Shown here piece by piece: positions 1 through 11,400 of a stretch of DNA of 64,000 bases. Every line of letters begins with the position of its first letter. Position 1 is the first letter of the stretch. The notes beneath the pieces were generated by a model that saw only the letters and a list, made by a program, of their open reading frames with translations, was not told the origin of the DNA and made no database searches. The DNA lies in assembly GCA_036172245.1 (NCBI GenBank), contig JAYWIR010000050.1, positions 682,001 to 746,000 on the forward strand, written 5' to 3'. Both the position numbers and the translations under genes were made by a program. The stretch comes from Raillietiella orientalis. Taxonomy: Eukaryota.

Positions 1-641
1 AAAATGAACCGCACGTCGTGTAAACACAGCGGCGTTCCGCCGACCACGGGGGGAACAAAGTTGCCGTCATTTTCTACATTTATTCATTTATTTATTCTCC
101 TATGGGAATTCCACCAACCATTCCTGCCAAAAGTTCGCGATCGATTCCCACAATAATCCATCTCGACTTTATAGGGATGACGATGGAGACTTCTTAAACA
201 CTGAATGGCGTTTCAAATTTCCGCTCTTCTCGTAGCAAAGATTCGCGGTCCTCATTTGGTTTCAGAGCCACCTGGACTTGGGCGTGGCTACCACAAAAGC
301 ACGAAGCCTCTTCCCACCCACCCCTTTATCTCTGAACCTCTGAATTTTCTCACACCTCAGTGTCTTCGTTAGGCGGGAGGCAAATTCTTGGAGATCCTCA
401 GTCGTTTTCTGAGCAGCCCCCAAGGTCTCTGCTCGCACGAGATTTGCCATCCCTCTTGGAACGCAACCATTCGTCTTCCCTCGCATCTCTTCCGCGGCTC
501 CACCCCCACGCGAGCTCTCTCTCCGGGGAGAATCTCGGAAGCATTTCCCCCCTCCCCCTTTCTCGCCTCTTTATTTTTCGTCTTTTACCATCTTCCAGAA
601 GCCGTGCGAATTCGCCGCAGATCACCCCTCTGGAGAGTTCC

Positions 642-1172
642 ATGTTGGACTGCAGCGCCCTGGAGGACTTGTGGCGGCGACCCGCTTTGGCGCTCCTCAG
701 ACAACCGCAGGACACCGCTTTGGACTTGCTGCGACGCCTCTTCGCCGGAGGCTGGCTGAAAAAGGGTGCTGAGATGATCTCAATGAGACGTTGCATGACA
801 GCAGCCACTTGTTGGAGTCAGGTTCGCGGCGAAGAGAGGCCACCAGCATGGCAGAAGATCCCCATGAGGACAGCAGCAAGGTGGCCAGACGAAGTGGCCA
901 GGGAGATCGCCACCGTCAAGAGTCGCTTCTGGAACGTTGAACCAAAGACCCCTATCCCAACCCTCCTTCCTGCCTTTTTTAATGTATCCATTGTCCGCTC
1001 CCTCGGTTCCCTACTTTTTGGAAGCCCAAAGTTCTGCGTGCCAGTGGTGAACCTCAAAGAACGTCTTTTTTGTGCGTTTTGGCATTTCTTGTTTCTGAGA
1101 GATACCCTTCCTTCCCTCTTCCTTGTGGTTTGTTTTTTTTTGAAATAAACGTCTCGGCGTAACCGGGTTCCA
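642..1172 (+). mobile_element. 5'-truncated L1/Tx1-clade LINE 3' end (family A)
   Basis: ORF2 C-terminal remnant (LDCSALEDLW...ALDLLRRLFAGG...EIATVKSRF) shared with other copies, a T-rich 3' UTR, and the AATAAA+hairpin end. Approximate TSD ccctctggagagttcc (626-641) / ccctctagagattcc (1175-1189). Confidence 0.75.
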
Positions 1173-2454
1173 ATCCCTCTAGAGATTCCGGTCATTCCAC
1201 GCGATCATTGCGGATTTCGGGGACCGACGCGAACTCTCGCTGTTGCTCGCTCGAGGCGAAGATGAACCGTGTCACAGTTATCGATCTTCTCGGAAGCTGC
1301 CAACCTTGGAGAGCGGGCGTGCATCGGTAAGCTGGCAGAAAGGAATTCGCAGCCAAGAAGTACTGTCGAGCTGTTCGCTGACCGAGGGTTCCGACCTGGC
1401 TACACTGCAGTCCCGTCAATGCCACCTCCGCCCCTGCCGCGAACAGGGCAGCGCCGGGTCGCGGGGGGAGCAGGGACCGGGGGGTAAGTGGGGTGGGTGG
1501 GGGGGAAACGTCTCTGCTCGTTTTCGATCCGCCCGTAGCGGGAGGAGGCTCTGCTGGCTTCGCCTCCGTTTCACGATTTTCCGTTGCCGGGCCCGACTCT
1601 TCCACGTCATCCCCGTGTCTTCGCTTGGATGACGGTGCTGCCAGGCTGCTGACCAGTCTGCCTCGTCGCGGTTGCCGTTTCGCAGAGTGACGTGCTCCAT
1701 CTTCCCATTCGCTTCGAATGATCCTCTGCTACAGCAGCGGCTGCTCAGCTGTCGCAACCCCAAGGACTGCTGGCCGCGCTAGCACGGTAGTGACATGAGG
1801 ACGCTGATGGTTCCGAGGACCAGATTTTTCTCCTAGATGAGTTTTCAGGATGCTCGCGGAACCGGCTCGAAGTGGACTCGTGGCGCAGAGGTTCCGGCAT
1901 CTCCAGCAAAAGTGCCGATCCATCCCGGTGGATGCGGCAGAAGATGGAAACAGACATTTGCACAAGCCGATGGATGCACTCACCGCCGGTGCCGCGAAAT
2001 TAGACCGAATGTCCCGCAGAATGGGATGAGAACGGAAGGTTACTCCATTGTGGAAAGCAGCGATTTGCATACCCTGTCTTCGAGACGGACTCCTCCGGTG
2101 CTTATTCCTGCTTTGACCACGTCAGCCCTGCAGTGTCACACATCGCGGCGTGTAGCCCTGTCCACACTCTCTGGCTGGATCTCCGCTTCCAGGCTGCAGT
2201 GGCGAGGCTGCGACCTCTGTTACGAGCAGATGATCATTCCTAATAATGAAAAAACTAACATTCAGTATTCCTGCCGAAAAGCAGACGCACATGCTATTTC
2301 TCCGATCTGCTTTTTCAGCTCATTTCGCATCTGATGTTATGCTGCCACTGTTGCAACATCGAAGCCTTCGATCAATATCCTCCTTGCGATGAGCAGCTTC
2401 CTCTTACATGTAACGAAATCATCAATCAAGCTCCAAGGCATTTGGATGAGCTTG

Positions 2455-2565
2455 AGGAATAAGAAGGAGAAGCGGAAGAGGAAGAAGAAGAGGACGAGGA
2501 AAAAGAGGAAGAAGAAGAAGAAGGAGAGGAAGAAGAAGGGGAAGAAGAAGGGGAAGAAGAGAAAT
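2455..2565. repeat. (GAA/GAG)n purine-rich microsatellite
   Basis: Directly visible aagaagaaggag runs. Confidence 0.9.
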
Positions 2566-3464
2566 ATTCTAAAGACCTTCGACGAGATGAAACGTCGAGG
2601 ATGACGCAGGGGGGAAAGATGAGATGAGATTGCACTCTGGAGAAGAACTCCGCATCGAGACAGGAATGAAAAGCCAGGAGGGAACAACCACCGACTTCGG
2701 ACCCGAGGTCACTGCTGGGGCAGCGTAGAAGACGGGATCAAAGAAGCGCACCCGTGATCGACCCACCGTCTGCTCTCCCTTTGTTTGTGATGCCGACGAG
2801 TTTGGTGTTCCTCAGGAGAGAGGATGCAGAACGTGGCCAGGTGGACAGAGATGGCAGCCAGCGGGAGAAAGCCGGGAGTCATCTCGTCTCCCGCGGTGAG
2901 CTGAGAGCGACAGTAGCTTCAGGGCACTCAGGGTACCCCGACCCTGAAGGAGAGCGAAGACCGAGATTCAGAAAGGGATCTGTCTCCCCGTGACGGGTCC
3001 CTGCTCCCTCCCGAAGGAACGTAAGGAAGGTGGGAAACCCTCGAATCGAGGGCGGCGAACCTCCTTGAACGCAGCCGCCGCACCCTGGAACCCCCCCCCC
3101 CCCCTCCCCGAGGCGGATCCGCAGAGGAATTTCTGAATTCGCTAGGCGGAGGAGGAGACGGCACCTGTGAAAGCTCCGGACGTGGACCACTGCTTTCGAG
3201 AGGCGCAACGGAAAAGCGTCGGGGGAGGAGGTCCCCTTGCCTTCGCAGCAGGGTGCTGGAGAGACCTTGGTCTCCCACCCCACTACTTCCTTGGTCTTCA
3301 CCCTGCAAGCAGTGACCCGGGTGTGCTGCTTGCGACCATCTCCAGTGGGTGGAGGGGGAGGGAAGGAGAGCTCGTCGGCGACATGCTGCGTGGGCGTGCC
3401 ACCGAACCGCGGACGGGGGACACGCGTTCACGCGGCGAACGCTATCCGCCACGGGCTGAAAGGG

Positions 3465-4765
3465 AAAATGGAAATCCCTACGGGGTTCTGCTTTCGATGC
3501 TTCCCTTTCATGCCTTTTTTCTTTTCCGGTTTTTTTTTTTCTTTTGCTTTTCCAAGTGCCGAAAAACCACCCGCCTTCTTAGGGGGAGTGGCCGCGAAAC
3601 TCCTTAAGCACCGTCCATGCTACCCGAGAGTCCATGCCCTCTTCGGAGGCCATGTGGCTGCTGAGATCTCCGTGAGTGGCACCAGGAACCGTGGGTTCGA
3701 ATACTCGGGAAGAATCGACGCCGAGAGATGGGGGTGCGTCGCAGGTTTGCACTTCTTCCGCGAGATGACGCTGGTCGGTCTCTATTCGGGTGTGGCACTG
3801 GTGGAAACTGCATGCCTACGACGAGTGGCTGGGATTGGGAGTCGACCTTCCAGGGTCCTTCCAGGAAACAGAATCAAGGAGTCCCTTGGGATTCACCTCT
3901 GGTCGTGGAAAGCATCCATCCTTCCCCCCTCGTGGATGGACATTCCGTCTCGTGCCATGGAGCTGGCGGATTGATGATGCCTCTCCACAGAGTGTCAAGA
4001 AGTGCGCCGCTGCCTTCAGGGAGCTCCTTTCAGAGAAAGTGGGGAGCATCCCTTCGTGGTTCTCCTCAGAGGAGGAGGAAACAGGAAGCGGTTCCTTTGT
4101 GAATTCCCTTCGGGAAAGAAACGAATGGTCGCCCCCTCAAGAGGACCCCTCCGGAAAGAATAAGGAAGATGAAGTTCCCTTCTGAGACACCCAGGGAGGA
4201 GGTCCCCTTTGGGGTCCCCCTCCTCAGGAGTGAGAGTAACGGACTCCCTTCTTCGGAACCCTTCCTGCATCCATAGGGTGAATCCCTCCCGGGGCATCCC
4301 CTATCTCGTAGAACCGCACGCACCCTCGGGTGGCGTGGAACAGCGTTGAAGAGCTGCGTGAGCCGCCGCCAGGGGCGCGGCGGTTCTTCAGGGACTTGTC
4401 GAAACAAAAAAAAAACTAGAAGGAAAGCAGAGAAGTCAGGAAGGAACCCCAGAAGGATTCCCATCATGCTCTTCAAGTAATGTAACTCTTCAGTCCGAAA
4501 GGGGACCCCCCCATGAATCCAGGAGTCCAGAGGAAGGAGTCCGTTCCTCTCATGCTTGGTGGGGAGTCCCGGAGGGAACCTCTTCCTTGCTTCTTCTCCG
4601 AAGAGAACCCGGAAAGGATCCGCTCCTGGAATTTATTCTCCGGAGGGAACCCGCAAGGCAATCTTCCTCCTAGTTTCCTCCTCCTCTGAAGAGAAATCCT
4701 GAAGGGGCGTCTCCGAGTTTCTCTGAATGGTCGCTCTCCGAAGGGAGCGACGCGCGCTCTTCTGG
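3465..4765 (-). mobile_element. SINE-like repeat copy interrupted by a nested antisense copy of the same family
   Basis: 3465-3644 joined to 4475-4765 aligns by eye with the continuous copies at 26400-26790, 52160-52640 and 56500-56960. Confidence 0.7.
3645..4464 (+). mobile_element. Full-length ~820-bp tRNA-headed SINE-like element
   Basis: Starts GGAGGCCATGTGGC, has a B-box-like GGTTCGAATAC at ~3694, and ends ...ggattcccat(cat). Flanked by catgccctcttc (3633-3644) and catgctcttc (4465-4474). Confidence 0.75.
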
Positions 4766-6429
4766 CACTCTGAGGAAGTGTCATCGATCCACGGGCTTCA
4801 CAGTACGAGACGGAGGACCCCTCTCCCCCTCTCCCTCTCCCCCCGAGGGGGAGGGATGGCCACCGACGCAGGTGAAAGCTTTTTGCTCGAGGGCTGCTGG
4901 GCAGCGCGCGGCCTCCTCGCGAACTGCGCTTGGACGAAACTCCCCGCAGGAGCTTACGAGGCCGAGCCGCAAATGGACGAGAACCTGGCAAGAAGGCGGG
5001 ATGGATTCCGGCTCCAGGCTCCGATCAACCGGCATACCTTGCGGCGAACTCCCCCGGGGCGCCACGGTTTCCGTTCCAAGGCTCCGAGTTGTTCTGCATG
5101 TGCGACAGCACGCGCGCACCTATGTGGAAGGCAGGCAGGGAGCAGGGAGGGGCTCCGTCGCGACGAGTCCAGCCCGGAGGCACCCGAGTCGCCCCTCGTG
5201 CGCCCCAGAATCCGCTGGACGCGAGCCAGCTGCACCGATGAGCGGCTCCGCTGTCTGCGTGCCCCTGGCGGAGGACTCAGGCTAAGCCCAGAGGAACCGA
5301 CTACGACGGCGGAGGAACGGGTGGATCTTCAACGTCCGGTGACCATCGCCAGAACAGCGGCGGCAGCGCTGGCGGACGCCCTGGAAGCAGAGGAAAGTCG
5401 GGCGCAGATGCAGGCTCTTGGAACGACGGAGCTCGTGGCGGGACCAGCGGTTTCCCCGGAGACGGAGCACTCGGACCGTCGCCCCCAGAATGGACGGCGG
5501 CAGATAACGGGGAAGAATTTCCGGAGGAGGGGATGCGACACGCCAGCGTTCCGTTCCCAGTCGACACGGATCTCTCGAGGAAGGAGGAACGGAAGTGGGA
5601 CGCTTCCGTGGCACTCCTCTCTCAGGCATCTTCGTCTCCTCTGATGCCAGTCACACGCAAAAGGAAAAAAAAAAAAAAAAAAATTGCCACTTTGTTTCCG
5701 AGTCCTTTTTCAACTTTCCCGTTGATCATGCGTTTCTTTTTGGTCCAGCGTTTCGTCCATCCTCACTCGCAGTACGCCCAGGGACCCTGCACTTCCGTCG
5801 AGCACGTGAACCGAGTTCGGATTTCAGCCTTCCGTGAAGAAGCGCCGCAGAGAGCCATTTTCACAGAGAGAGAGAGAGAGAAAGCAGCACGCGTTCAAGA
5901 AGAATGCGATTACAGGAGCAGCACTCCGGGGTGGTGTCCACTCACGGTGTCCATCGTTTGCGGCTTCAGAGATTCGTTCCGGTTAAAATTCATACGGGAA
6001 CGCTGTGCTCGATTTTTCTCGCCGGTGGATGCTCTCCGGGCTGCGGAGGACAGCTCCGAATGAACTTCCGTTTTATCCCCGGCATTTCGCTATTTTATCT
6101 TTCCATCGGGAACAGCATACAAAGGGATCATTCCAGAGTTTAATAATCATTATCGACTGGTAAAAAAAAAAATGACTGCAGGTTTTTTTTTTCCTTAAGA
6201 AAAACAAAACAAAACAAAAGGAGGAGGGAAGGAAGGGTGGAAAAGAACGTTCCTCGTGCGAGAGACAGTGCCAGACGTGACGTAAAAGAGGGATGGACTT
6301 CTGGTAGGATCTTTCGTCGCTGCTTTGCATTTTTCCGTGGCATTCGGGCAGATTCTTTCAAAGATGGGCAATTTGCTCATCAAAGCGTCTCCCCCCCTCT
6401 CTCTCGTGAGAGAGAGAGAGAGAGAGAGT

Positions 6430-6600
6430 CAGTTTATCGATCAAAGTACATCTTTTATGATCTTGTAATCGATACCCCGCTGCACAGTGATGACTGCTTC
6501 TCCCAGTTGAAGTGCCAGCACACACTCGACCACACTGCATCTTCGGCGGCCCTCGGGAACTCTTTTGAGGCCACGTCTGCCGAGCCGCTAATTAAAGCAG
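6430..6600 (+). pseudogene. Possible decayed DDE DNA-transposase fragment (Sola-like)
   Basis: HSDDCFSQLKC...GNSFEATS loosely resembles SDGCxxQxK...NFFxxSHGK motifs. Weak, by eye only. Confidence 0.2.
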
Positions 6601-6759
6601 GACGTCGGAATCAAGGGTAGGGGCGACTTAACGATCGAACGCACCCCACGCGCCGAGCTTCCGGAAGTTTCTCCGAGCTCGGGTTGAACTCCGTCGTGTG
6701 GACGTCGCCCTCGAGTGGACCCTCATGGGAGCGCTTCGTTGCTGGGTTCCCTTCTCGGT

Positions 6760-7620
6760 TCGTGCCCGGTCGCTCCGGGGCGTTTATTTGAAAAAAATAA
6801 ATAAATGAGCCACAAGTCATAGGGAAACGGCGCCCTTCCCCCACCCCCCCAAATGAAATTCCGTGAGGATGGCCACTGGCACGCAGGCCGACTTTTTAAG
6901 GAAGTCCGGGACGGGAGGGGAGGGACGATGAATAAATAAATAAAAACAGAACGGGAATGTAGGGACACTTTCGGTTTCAGTCGTTTCTTCTATCCGAGAA
7001 GCGGCTGTGGTTGGCCGCGACCCCCCTGGCGCCTCCTTCTGGTAGGTGAGGCCACCTTGCAGACGTCCTCTTGGAGGCGGCTGCAAGGTGCCTGCAGTCC
7101 GCTAGGGCGCTGCAGTCCAACAGGAGGTGCGGGAGCGATTCGATCGCATCGGGCTGCTGCCGTCGCTCGCCCCTGAAGGCAGACAGTGCTGCGGCCAAAG
7201 GGCGCATCCGGGAACACTCGCGGTGCTCGCGACAACATCGCCTCGCACCTCAAACACTTCCGGGAGGAGGCAACTCCCCTGGGAACCGGGTGCCCCAGAG
7301 CAGAAGCAGCAGGACTTCCCAGCAAAGCGGGAACACGGAGGTGTCCACACGTACAGGGGAGGAACTGCGAGCTCTTCGAGGGAGGGGGGGGGGCACACCG
7401 TGCAGGTCTCTCCGCCGAAAGAGTCCCTCCTCCTCCCGGGAACGAGGAGTAGGCACCGTCCGCCATCCAACGCGCCGCTCGTCTTGCAGCTGTCCGGGAG
7501 TCTCTCGACTCCTGAAGTCGCGCAGGGCAACTCCCACCTCGCCGGCTAGCTGCTATCCTCGTTTGCCCTCCGAGGGCAGATCCGGGACCACTGCCCACCT
7601 CCGGCCCTGCAGAATACCTC
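6760..7620 (-). mobile_element. L1/Tx1-clade LINE 3' fragment (family A)
   Basis: zf-RVT-like ESLPHLLLDCSAL and ...VAANHSRF, a 3' UTR, and the AATAAA+hairpin end at 6760-6790. Confidence 0.75.
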
Positions 7621-8859
7621 CTAGCGGTCGCGTGGGAGTTTCCACAGCAGACGACGCTCCTCTAAGCACACACCTCGAGAGCGGCAACCCGAACTCCAGT
7701 GCCTCCAAGCTTCCCATTTTTGAGGGGGATTGGGGGGGGCAGGAATTTTTTTACTCGGGAGTGGAGCCGCGACGATCGTTGGTTCCCTGCAAACTTCACT
7801 GACTCCGTGAGCGCGCTGACTGTGGGAATCGCGATGCGCGAGGAGCGGTTTGTTTGAGCCAGGGGGGATTTTGGTGCTGGGGTGGCGTACCGATCCATTC
7901 CGCCAGCCGCTCCTGCAGGCGAATCCCTCTACAGGGACACCTGCAGCGAAAGAGACCCTCATCGAGGACCAGGGAGCTCCGTCCATCTCAGCTAGCGACC
8001 CGCGGAGGTGGCGTCCAAGATGTCGCGCGTGTTTGCCATCTGACGGACGCGGTGGCCTGCGTGAATCTCCCTCCGCGCGTGCGCGGACGCGCGCGCAGCA
8101 GCAGCAGACCGAAACCATCCACACTCCACGTCTCGCGTATGACCAGGGGAATCTTCGTGGGTTCTGCGTGGGCCGAAAGCGCAGATGCTGGGCGGTGCGG
8201 ACCGAGGAGTCCAGCTCGCGCAGGCGGGTCGTTGGGAGGAACGGGGAAACTCGAAAGGTGGGCAAGACCTCCCCCCCCCCCCTTGGCCACCATGCCCACC
8301 TCTCGTCCGTTTCCCTCCCGCTGCGGTCGGGGCTCGCGTGCGTCTCTCCCTACTTCGCGGGAGGTGGCCGGTCGGCCCGCGAGCGTACGCGGTAAAGCTC
8401 CCGCAGCGCGCCAGGATCCGAAAGATGGAGGACCCGTAGCTGATCAGGACGACAGCCAGAAAGGAGACTCCGGCGGAGGTCCGCGGCGATTCCAATGCGC
8501 GAGTCGGTCATAGGAGACCGGGCGCAAGGGTGAAAGACGAATCGAACCACCCAGCAGCTGCGGTCCTTCCTCCCCCCTTCCCTCCCAAAGTTTCCCTCAG
8601 AATAGGTGTAGTCCGTCGAAGCGGAAGGGAAGGGGGGGGGGAGTACTCGTCCAGTAAAGCTGAGAATTCGAGGTCTCGGGGCCGAAGCCGACCTCGACCC
8701 GTTCTCGAGCTTTAAAAAAGGGTGAGACGCGCGAGGCTTGCTCGAGCACTGAAGCTCGGATCCACGAGCGGCCTATGGGCCCATTTTGGTGAGCAGAACT
8801 GGCGCTGTGGGCGAGCCAGATGGTGGATTGCGGGGCGAGCGCTCGACGTCCGAAGAGAA

Positions 8860-10440
8860 CCCTCAAAAAGGATCCGTTCCCTGTTTCCTCTTCGGAAGAG
8901 GACCCGAAGGGTCGTTTCCGAGGGGGGAAGCATCTCCTTTGCACGAACGGAGGAGAATCCCGAAGGGTCCCTTGGTTCCTGGAAGGACCCGGAGGGTGGG
9001 CTCTCAATCTCGACCACGCATAAGGGGTATCCGGAGGATTCCGTCTTCCACCAGTGCCACCGCACGTCTTGTCCAGCAAGCCACCGGCAGCGTGGGACTC
9101 GCGTCCTTCCGTCTGCGCCGTCCACGTAGCCTCATCCACTGCGGACTGCACCGTCGGCAGGTGGCCGCGCTGTCCAGGAAGAACGGATGGATCTCGCGCC
9201 GCCCCGCGAACGGGAGTACCTGGTTGCAGGGAATCGCTCGCCACGTGGGCGAGGATCCAGGAGCCAAGCGCGGAGATCCTGGAAGATCCCATAAACAGGG
9301 TGTGTGGGCAAGCAGAATCTCCCTCGCCACCGCGCTGCCCTCCCTTAAGGAGCACATGGGTAGCAAGCAGCCTTACGGCTAGATGGGTGGCTAGATGGCT
9401 TTTCTCCTTCTGGAAACCTCTAGAAGGAGAAAAGGACTGAGCGAGTGGACGATGGGCCAGCTCACTGACGCTGTGATCCCGAGTGCTCGACCTCGTGGAC
9501 TTCTGATCTGGGGCATGCTACTGGGTATCCCGGAGGAAGACTTGCAGTGGCCCCCGGTGCTCCTGAACACCTCACCCTCCCTTTAAAGTGTCAGGAGTCG
9601 GCGTTGATGCTGCTACACTGAAGTCTCCCGTGCAACGCCCGCCGGCATCACTGTACACGAGGGGAAAGGGGTGAACCCGAACAGTGCCAGGTGCGGAGAG
9701 CGGGAATTCCTCCCATGCCTCCTAGTGGACTGCGTTGCCCTATGACCCCTTTGATCCAAATTGGCACTCTTCCGCGACCCTTGGAACCCTCGGTGGCAGT
9801 CCCAGAGACGTTTTGAAGCGCCTCTTCCTGAGCGACGCCCTCATGCCGGCCGCATCCCCAGCAGCACTTTACTGCCCACGCGGCGTGACCGTATTTGCAT
9901 GGAGAAGCAACTCCAGAGGGGATCAGAACGACAGGGACGCCCTCCATGAGAAACTATTGTGCTGTCCTCTTCATGAAGATGGCGTCATCTGGAAGTCGCG
10001 AAACAGGAATTTGCCGGCGTCCTGGCAAGGATGCAGAGGACGCCCTTCAGCACCCAGTGAACCCCCTGCCTATCCCTCCCAATTTTTTTCGTATATATTT
10101 TTCTGTTTTATTTTTTTCTTTTTGTTTATCTTCCCTCCCCTTGTGCTGCCGAGGCGAATCCTGCTGGCCTGCGTGCCAGATCCCGGCAGGTTCTTTTTCG
10201 TATTCATAAGTAACGTGGCAGGTTCGAACGTCTTGCCACATACATGTAGGTTTTTTTTATAAATAAACGCCCGGCGTGACCGGGTGTCAATCTGCCGCCG
10301 TACTCGAATAGAGGCCGACCAGCGCTATCTCGCGGGAGAAACTCGAAGTCACGACGCACCCATTCATTTCCCTGGCGTCGCCCTTCCCCGGGCGGGATTC
10401 GAACCCACGACGCCTCTAGCCACATTGCTTCTGACGCGGG
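8860..10440 (-). mobile_element. SINE-like repeat copy split by a LINE insertion
   Basis: The head with B-box GGTTCGAATCC (~10395-10405, minus) and the body (8860-9065) align with the uninterrupted copy at 3645-4100. Confidence 0.72.
9066..10289 (+). mobile_element. 5'-truncated L1/Tx1-clade LINE (family B), ~1.2 kb
   Basis: Zinc-finger remnant near 9670-9740 (NPNSARCGEREFLPCLLVDC) and DVLKRLFL, homologous to 37776-38264 and 23240-23910. AATAAA+hairpin end; degenerate TSD at 9050-9065 / 10290-10303. Confidence 0.78.
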
Positions 10441-10904
10441 TGCCCATCCCACGGAAGGTGTCCGTTGCTATGGGCAGCAGGACCGCGGGGTCGTGCAATT
10501 CGGCATCCCCTGACGAGCGTTGCCAGCAGCGAGTCCTCCCTTGAGCCGAAGCAACGGGAACTGAAGACGGGCAGCGCATCGAGCGTCTCGAGTCCGCCCT
10601 GCCCGAAGGCTGGGGCAAAGCAGTTCCTGCCCCCGGCGCACCGCCGCCGGAGGGAGGAGGGGGGAGGGGAAGAGGTTTCCGGAGAGGGCGGGAGGATCGC
10701 GACGGTGGCAGCGGGAATGCTCCGGCGAGATGCCGGATGCGCCATGGTCCGGTGCGGAGGAGGCTGCATGCGAACGGTCGGCCCTTAGGGCACGGTCCGG
10801 TCGATCTCGAGTTGTCCCGGTGGCTGTCCATCCTCTTCGGGAGCGTATCGGCGTCGAACACGCGCGGCACACCCGCGACCGACAGAGCACTCGCGAGAAG
10901 ACGA

Positions 10905-11400
10905 TGGACGACTCAGCCTCTGGACCGGAAACCGAGAGGCAGAGTCGTTTTTTTTTTTTTTTTGGTTCTCAAGGAGTGCTGAAGAACCGCACACCTCACG
11001 GGGGCACATAAAGGTCTTCAGCTCTGTCCACATCGCTTGAGGATCCGTGTAGTGAGCTTTCAAACTGTAAGGGGTATCCCGGGAGGGGGCCGCCCTATGA
11101 ATCCGGCAAGGGCTCCGGAGGAAGGAGTCTGTTCCTCTCTGACTCTTGGTAGGGGGACCCTGAGGGGAACCGTCTCTTCCTCGTTCTTTCTGGAGGCATC
11201 CCCGAAGGAAACCCTCACCCTGGCTGCCTCCGGATTGACCTTCCGGTTTGTGAGGGTTGCTCCTCATCCCCTCCCCGGAGGAGGAAACCCGGAAAGCATC
11301 CTCTCCCTGTTCCGTCCTCCCCTGAAGAGGAACCCGAAGGGCTGCTTCCCGATTTGTCTGGGGGTCGCTTCCCGAAAGAAGCAGCGCTCTTCCAGGCACT
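10905..11400 (-). mobile_element. SINE-like repeat, 3' portion
   Basis: Shares the gtgctgaagaaccg, ctatgaatccgg and cccgaagg sub-repeat blocks with the other copies. Confidence 0.68.

Noticed and set aside
262..486. 74-aa ORF as a transposase fragment
   Set aside because: It contains no motif I can assign.
2389..2604. Lys/Arg-rich ORF
   Set aside because: It is the translation of the (GAA)n tract.
4727..5644. 305-aa ORF and similar Arg/Pro/Gly-rich ORFs
   Set aside because: No recognisable domain or splice structure; composition is typical of spurious GC-rich frames.
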